Positions 42,803 to 47,628 of a stretch of DNA of 47,628 nucleotides are shown here, piece by piece; the first letter of the stretch is position 1, and every line of letters begins with the position of its first letter. This stretch comes from a virus. The DNA lies in IMG/VR virus record IMGVR_UViG_3300029258_001468. One strand, given 5' to 3'. Position numbers and translations under genes: made by a program. The notes under the pieces are model-generated. The model saw only the letters and a list, made by a program, of their open reading frames with translations. It was not told where the DNA came from and did no database searches.

Positions 42803-45106
42803 GTGCCGGTCATGCGGTGTCAGCGCGGAGGGAAAAAGGGCTGGAAGGCCGGGCCTACCGGGTTTTGCTATATAGGGACCTCCGCACGTGGCAAGGCCGA
42901 AAAGCAGCTGGCTGCGATTAAGGCGTCGCAGAAGAAACGTGGCAAGATTGACAGTGAAGAAAAGAAAAAGACGCAGACGCGTCTTGACATAGACGAAGCA
43001 ACTGCTCTTTCAAAGTTAGGGTTAAGCCGGAACAGAACATCAAAGCGGAAGGTCCGCTTCAAGCGACCTCCGAAGTGGCTGCTACCGTTGGGTATTGAGA
43101 GAGAATACCAGCGCAGATTGACAGCCGTCGTCCGGGAGTGGAAAGCGGTATGTGACCGAACTCTCATGCGTCAACTTCCTGCCCTCGTTGAGGAAGGAAG
43201 GATGGAGTTCAACCTCGACGCGTTTACCGACTCGTTGGACATGCTGGTCGACAACCTCAAGCTCGAAGTCAACAAGGACAAGGAGAAATACGGGGTGGTC
43301 GCACTTGACATCGGAGAGAAGACGAAACGATGGAACGACAAGGAGTGGCGCAAGACGATGAACCAAGTCGTCGGCGTTGCTCCCTTCTCCGCTCCGGGAA
43401 CCGAGGCACTCGTCACGGACTTTACAAGTGAGAACGTTGGTCTGATAACGAAGCTCGGAGATTCCACGATGGAGGACATACGTGGCATCGTTCACCGGGG
43501 AGTCAAGCAGGGCAAACGGCACGAAGAGATAGCGAAGGAGATAACGGGCCTAGTTCCACCGGGACGCTTCAAGAAAGCGGAAACGAGAGCGAAGCTCATC
43601 GCTCGCGACCAAGTCTCCAAGCTCAACGGGCAATTGACACAGGCGAATCAGACGTCGGTCGGAGTTACCGAGTACATATGGCGCTCCTCCGACGACAGCC
43701 GGGTCCGGGCAACGCACGAGGCGAACGACGACAAGAAGTTCAAGTGGTCGAATCCTCCTGCAGCAACCGGGCATCCGGGACAGGACATCAACTGCCGGTG
43801 TTGGGCTGAGCCGGTGTTCGATGACTTAGCGGAAGCCATCAACGCCGATCCACCAGCACCTAGTGCGCCTGTCAAGGTACCAACGCCGAAGAAGACGAAG
43901 CCCGACGTAAAGACGAAAAAGCCCTTAAAGACTCAGGTGGACAAGAAGTTATCGTCCGAGTCGGTAAAGGCCACTGAGCGGTACGTATCGGACTATGAAG
44001 AGTTGAATCAACAACTCCGACTTGGGCAGGTATCCGCCAAAAACAAAAAGTTCGCTGCGTCGCTGGAGAAGGCAATTGACGAGTCAGAAGGTCTAGCGGA
44101 AGATACGGTTTTTTGGCGTGGCATGGAGTTCGAGTCAAAAAACAATCCGTTTCTCGGTAACTTTAAGAAGGGATATACGTTCAGCGATGAGGGCTTCCAG
44201 TCGATGTCGCTCGACAAAAAGGTAGCTGAGAATTTTTCGCGTGGGGGTGGGTTCGGTGACGTTGAGGTGTTAATGAAAATCAACGTACCAAAAGGGACTA
44301 AGCTAGCCAAGATACCGAGTGGGCTGGACGAGTTCATTCTACCGCCATCAAAAGGACCACAGGTGTATAAAGTCACCAAGGTCACGAAGCCGATTTCGGG
44401 TAAGCTTCTAGTGGAGGTTGACTACAGGGATATCTCGAAGGTCGCCACCAAGGGACCAAACAAAGGAGTAAAGCCGGTAGTCGCTAAACCGAAGCCACCG
44501 AAACCGGACGCATTCGACACGGCGAAGTACAACGAAATGGTGTACGATGACGAACAAAAGGAGTTTCTATTTGGAGCGAAGGAAACGCTCAAGAAGAACT
44601 CCGGGATGGACAGGCCCAAGGCGCTGCAGGACTACATCGGAAACGGCTTTACAGACGTCAATGATGAGCTTCGTGGTATGCCTGTCAATTTCGAGTACTT
44701 CAACGACTCGTTGGAGATACAGGAGGCTATTGACGATCTCGTTGACCTGTACAACCACGCTCCGAAAACACCGGAGAACCTCGTCCTTTGGAGAGGCACC
44801 GGGCTGGACCACGTGAAGAATCCTCACAAGCTCGTGGGGAAGACCATCACGGAAGACGCGTTCCTGTCAACGACGCTCAACGAACAAAAGACGAACTTCT
44901 TCATCAGTTGGGCTAAGGACCGGGACATCGAGAAGGTGGGACGAATGAAGGTATACGTTGACAAAGGAGAGGCGTTTCTCCCCGGAACAATATACGAACG
45001 GGAGGTGATATTCGAACCCGGCAGGACCCTAAGGATACTCAAGGTTGACGAGGTGAAGCCGAACGTGTTCAACATCGAAGCGCAGCTCGTAAAGGACGTA
45101 CTCTGA
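42803..45106 (+). CDS. Minor head protein (Mu F / SPP1 gp7-like) fused to two tandem ADP-ribosyltransferase (C3/VIP2-type) domains
   Basis: MuF core ...YIWRSSDDSRVRATHEANDDKKF...INCRCW. ART1 has FWRG / QSMS / LDEF. ART2 has LWRG / LSTT / YEREV (R-STT-ExE). Confidence 0.8.
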   Translation: MPVMRCQRGGKKGWKAGPTGFCYIGTSARGKAEKQLAAIKASQKKRGKIDSEEKKKTQTRLDIDEATALSKLGLSRNRTSKRKVRFKRPPKWLLPLGIEREYQRRLTAVVREWKAVCDRTLMRQLPALVEEGRMEFNLDAFTDSLDMLVDNLKLEVNKDKEKYGVVALDIGEKTKRWNDKEWRKTMNQVVGVAPFSAPGTEALVTDFTSENVGLITKLGDSTMEDIRGIVHRGVKQGKRHEEIAKEITGLVPPGRFKKAETRAKLIARDQVSKLNGQLTQANQTSVGVTEYIWRSSDDSRVRATHEANDDKKFKWSNPPAATGHPGQDINCRCWAEPVFDDLAEAINADPPAPSAPVKVPTPKKTKPDVKTKKPLKTQVDKKLSSESVKATERYVSDYEELNQQLRLGQVSAKNKKFAASLEKAIDESEGLAEDTVFWRGMEFESKNNPFLGNFKKGYTFSDEGFQSMSLDKKVAENFSRGGGFGDVEVLMKINVPKGTKLAKIPSGLDEFILPPSKGPQVYKVTKVTKPISGKLLVEVDYRDISKVATKGPNKGVKPVVAKPKPPKPDAFDTAKYNEMVYDDEQKEFLFGAKETLKKNSGMDRPKALQDYIGNGFTDVNDELRGMPVNFEYFNDSLEIQEAIDDLVDLYNHAPKTPENLVLWRGTGLDHVKNPHKLVGKTITEDAFLSTTLNEQKTNFFISWAKDRDIEKVGRMKVYVDKGEAFLPGTIYEREVIFEPGRTLRILKVDEVKPNVFNIEAQLVKDVL

Positions 45107-45300
45107 TGCAGAAAGCTAAATACGCAAGCAACCCGACGCTGGACAAAATCAGCCAGTGTATCCGGTGCAAAAACGACATCGGGAATGGTGCCTGTAAAGC
45201 GTTCCCCGACGGCATCCCGATGCAGATACTCAAAAACGAATGGGACCACCGGGAGGAGTTTCCCGGTGATAACGGTATCCAGTTCGAGGAGGAAGAATAG
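45106..45300 (+). CDS. Hypothetical small Cys-containing protein
   Basis: TGATG coupling, 64 aa. Confidence 0.6.
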   Translation: MQKAKYASNPTLDKISQCIRCKNDIGNGACKAFPDGIPMQILKNEWDHREEFPGDNGIQFEEEE

Positions 45301-46818
45301 ATGTCAAAAAGGAACGACGAGGACAAACGACGGTTTCACCGTGTCCGTGTGTTCGACCCGAAGAGGGAGCACGAGAGCACTGCAATCGTGGCCCGGTTCG
45401 CCGGGAAGATGAAGCTTCCGGAGGGAGTGCTCTCCGTGACGTACACCATCCGCTCTCCGTGGAACAACTCGACGTACGAAGCCACTCAGTCGCTTCTCTT
45501 CCCTGTCAAGTCGTATACAAGGAAGGCAGCTGAGGAGTGGGTACAGGCGAACTACTACATGGAAAAAATCGAAAGCAAGACGGTGCAGCTGACCGACATC
45601 AAGATGGACGCGCAGCCTCGGAACGACTCAGCTGGTGGCGTTGTTCGACACGACGTCGGTGAGATAGTCGGTGGGGTCGAAATGACGAGCGAGGGCTTCC
45701 TCAAGACGGACGCCGTCGTGACACGGACCGGTGTTCTCAACTACCGGAACCCGGACGGCACGCTGCGACGCGAGCTACGTCATCCCGACGATGTCTTCAA
45801 ACTTGACAGCCTTCACACCATGCGCATGATTCCCTTGACAAACGACCATCCTCGTGTTCGGCTGCTGGACAGCGAAAACGCAAAGGAGTTTCAGGTCGGA
45901 TTTACAGGTGAGAACGTTCGACCGGACGGACGTTTTGTCCGGGCACCACTGACTATAACCGACGAAGCGGTGGTCAGAGCAGTGGAGTCCGGGAAACGCG
46001 AACTCTCTCTAGGCTACCGCGTTGACCTAGTAGAGGAAGACGGAGAGTACAACGGGGAGAGGTACGACTACCGGCAGACAAACATCCGGTACAACCACCT
46101 TGCCCTCGTTGACTTTGCAAGAGCAGGAGCGGAGTCCCGAATCGAAATGGACCACGCCGATGCCGTAGAGATAGATAGCAAGAAGCAACCGCATACACCA
46201 AAACCTACAACCTCAAAAAGGAGAACAGGTATGCCTCACATTAACCTCGACAACGGTCTGTCGTACGAAGTTGACAGCGCAGAAGTGGTCGTCGCCTTCG
46301 GTCAGCTGAAAGCCGACAAAGAAGATTTACAGACGAAACTCGACGCTGCCAATGCCGAACTCGAAAAGACCAAAGCCGAACTCGACACCTCGAAGGCCCG
46401 TGTCGACGAACTCGAAAAAGTCGATGTCGCAGCCGAAGCGAAGAAACTCGCCGACGCTCGCGTAGACTGCATCACCAAGGCCAAAAAGGTCCTTGACAAA
46501 GAAGAGCTGGAGAAGCTCGACGGTGCAGCCGTAGTCGACATCAAGAAAGCCGTCATTTCGAAGCGGTTCCCGGAAGCGAAGCTCGACGACGCGACCGACG
46601 TCTACATCGACACCCGTTTCGACACCATCATCGACCTCGCTAAAGAGGACGGTGGCGACGACACCGGTGGAAACGCCGACGACGCTGCTGCACGGCAGCG
46701 GAAAGCAGTTCAGAGCCGTGGTGACTCCGGAGACAAGGGAGAACCCGACGCCGATTCAGCCCGGAAGTCGATGCAGAACTCGCGCCGGGACGCGTGGAAA
46801 AACGAAAAGAAGGACTAA
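45301..46818 (+). CDS. Prohead scaffold/protease-like protein (DUF2213-like N-domain + coiled-coil)
   Basis: The block GVLNYRNPDG...ELRHPDDVF...TNDHP...LSLGYR resembles DUF2213, followed by a long E/K/A/D coiled coil. Lies before the decoration and capsid genes. Confidence 0.65.
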   Translation: MSKRNDEDKRRFHRVRVFDPKREHESTAIVARFAGKMKLPEGVLSVTYTIRSPWNNSTYEATQSLLFPVKSYTRKAAEEWVQANYYMEKIESKTVQLTDIKMDAQPRNDSAGGVVRHDVGEIVGGVEMTSEGFLKTDAVVTRTGVLNYRNPDGTLRRELRHPDDVFKLDSLHTMRMIPLTNDHPRVRLLDSENAKEFQVGFTGENVRPDGRFVRAPLTITDEAVVRAVESGKRELSLGYRVDLVEEDGEYNGERYDYRQTNIRYNHLALVDFARAGAESRIEMDHADAVEIDSKKQPHTPKPTTSKRRTGMPHINLDNGLSYEVDSAEVVVAFGQLKADKEDLQTKLDAANAELEKTKAELDTSKARVDELEKVDVAAEAKKLADARVDCITKAKKVLDKEELEKLDGAAVVDIKKAVISKRFPEAKLDDATDVYIDTRFDTIIDLAKEDGGDDTGGNADDAAARQRKAVQSRGDSGDKGEPDADSARKSMQNSRRDAWKNEKKD

Positions 46819-46879
46819 CCCTTCAACCTTAACGCTAGATTGACAAACGAGAATCTAACACTCTAACTAAGGAGAAACC

Positions 46880-47341
46880 ATGAGCCAGACTGCCTACAAC
46901 CGCGACTTTGCCGTTGCACAGGCCGGTATGATCGCCGACCTCGGTTTCAGCGACCGCATCGAGTCCGCGTCCGCCGAAAGCGCAGTTCCTTTCGGAAAGG
47001 TCGTCGTCGCCGGGACCAACCCGGAAACACAGGTGAAGGTTGCTGCTGCCGACACGGACACCGTGGCCGGAATTGCAGTTCTCACTCACCTTGAGCAGAC
47101 CAGCGCAGGCGTTGCGCAGTACGCCGACAAGGAAACCGTGAATGTCGCCCGTAAAGCTGTAGTATGGTGCCCTGCCACGGACCCTGTGACCATCAATACC
47201 GCCGTTTATGCCGACCTCGTAACCGTAACAGGAAACGTGACCGGTGCATCGGCGAGCAACCTTGAGATTCCGACCGCCGTCTTCCGTTCTTCGAAGGACG
47301 CGACAACCGGACTCGCAAAAGTCGAAGTCAACTTGCCGTAA
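46880..47341 (+). CDS. Head decoration / cement-like protein candidate
   Basis: AAGGAG RBS, 153 aa, lies between the scaffold and capsid genes. Confidence 0.45.
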   Translation: MSQTAYNRDFAVAQAGMIADLGFSDRIESASAESAVPFGKVVVAGTNPETQVKVAAADTDTVAGIAVLTHLEQTSAGVAQYADKETVNVARKAVVWCPATDPVTINTAVYADLVTVTGNVTGASASNLEIPTAVFRSSKDATTGLAKVEVNLP

Positions 47342-47395
47342 CGGGCTTGTTTGCATTTGTCAATTTTAACCTCAACTTCAACGAAGGAGTAAGAC

Positions 47396-47628
47396 GTGAT
47401 TCAGAAAATACAGAGCGTCAACCTCGATGCGAATGAGTCTGTCTTCTTTGCTCGCGAACTTGAACACATCAAGGCTCAGTCCTACGATGTCAAGTACCCG
47501 GAGTACAAGGCCACACGGCTCATCCCCGTCAGCGGTGATGCTGGTCCCGGAGCAAGGACCATCACCTACCGTCAGTTCGACTCTGTCGGTGTTATGAAGA
47601 TCATCGCCGACTACGCGACCGACCTTCC
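47396..47628 (+). CDS. Major capsid protein, 5' portion (continues at base 1 via the terminal overlap)
   Basis: GTG after GAAGGAG. In frame with ORF ..856 when 47485 is mapped to base 1. Confidence 0.85.
   Translation, partial: MIQKIQSVNLDANESVFFARELEHIKAQSYDVKYPEYKATRLIPVSGDAGPGARTITYRQFDSVGVMKIIADYATDL
47485..47628. repeat. Terminal overlap copy (identical to 1-144)
   Basis: Exact 144-nt identity with the window start. Confidence 0.95.

Noticed and set aside
1-47628. TTGACA copies as about 180 ordinary sigma-70 promoters
   Set aside because: Most copies are intragenic or within 1-25 nt of a start codon and lack a TATAAT-like box 16-18 bp downstream. Only a few (for example the - strand copy at 36352) have a plausible -10 element.

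Overview
The window is a complete, circularly closed genome of a tailed dsDNA phage. The unique length is 47,484 bp. Bases 1-144 are repeated exactly at 47485-47628, and the junction cuts through the major capsid gene, so this looks like an assembly or permutation overlap rather than a physical end.

Almost everything is coded on the + strand, and neighbouring genes are tightly coupled (many ATGA, TAATG or TGATG stop/start overlaps). The modules in order are:
- 36.4-39 kb: small early-type genes.
- 39.1-47.6 kb, wrapping to 0.9 kb: small and large terminase, portal, a MuF-like minor head protein carrying two ADP-ribosyltransferase domains, scaffold/protease, decoration protein and major capsid protein.
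- 0.9-18.3 kb: neck, contractile tail (sheath, tube, frameshifted chaperone, tape measure), baseplate and tail fibres.
- 18.3-19.7 kb: lysis genes (holin candidate, class-3 lipase, M15 peptidase).
- 19.9-32.2 kb: replication and nucleotide metabolism (Cas4-like nuclease, HAD deoxynucleotidase, Hjc-like resolvase, PolA with a UDG-like N-terminus, gp32-like SSB, PurZ-like enzyme, an adenylate-kinase::NTP-pyrophosphatase fusion, DnaB-like helicase, DnaG-like primase).
- 32.1-36.1 kb: a - strand cluster (sigma factor, DUF932-like, DUF2786-like and others) read divergently from a 360-bp control region.

I saw no tRNA, rRNA, CRISPR array, integrase or repressor.

The observations most worth a second look are:
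1. A candidate 2-aminoadenine (Z-base) DNA biosynthesis module with an unusual kinase::NTP-PPase fusion and no HD-type dATPase.
2. A roughly ten-fold genome-wide excess of the hexamer TTGACA on both strands, plus longer versions such as TTGACAAAGGAGA (8 copies) that sit in coding sequence in different reading frames and in SD-to-start spacers.
3. A GC-rich structured repeat family, one copy of which lies in frame inside the primase gene.
4. A virion protein with tandem ART domains.

All functional calls come from motif recognition by eye. No searches were run. Motif counts were made by hand and are approximate.
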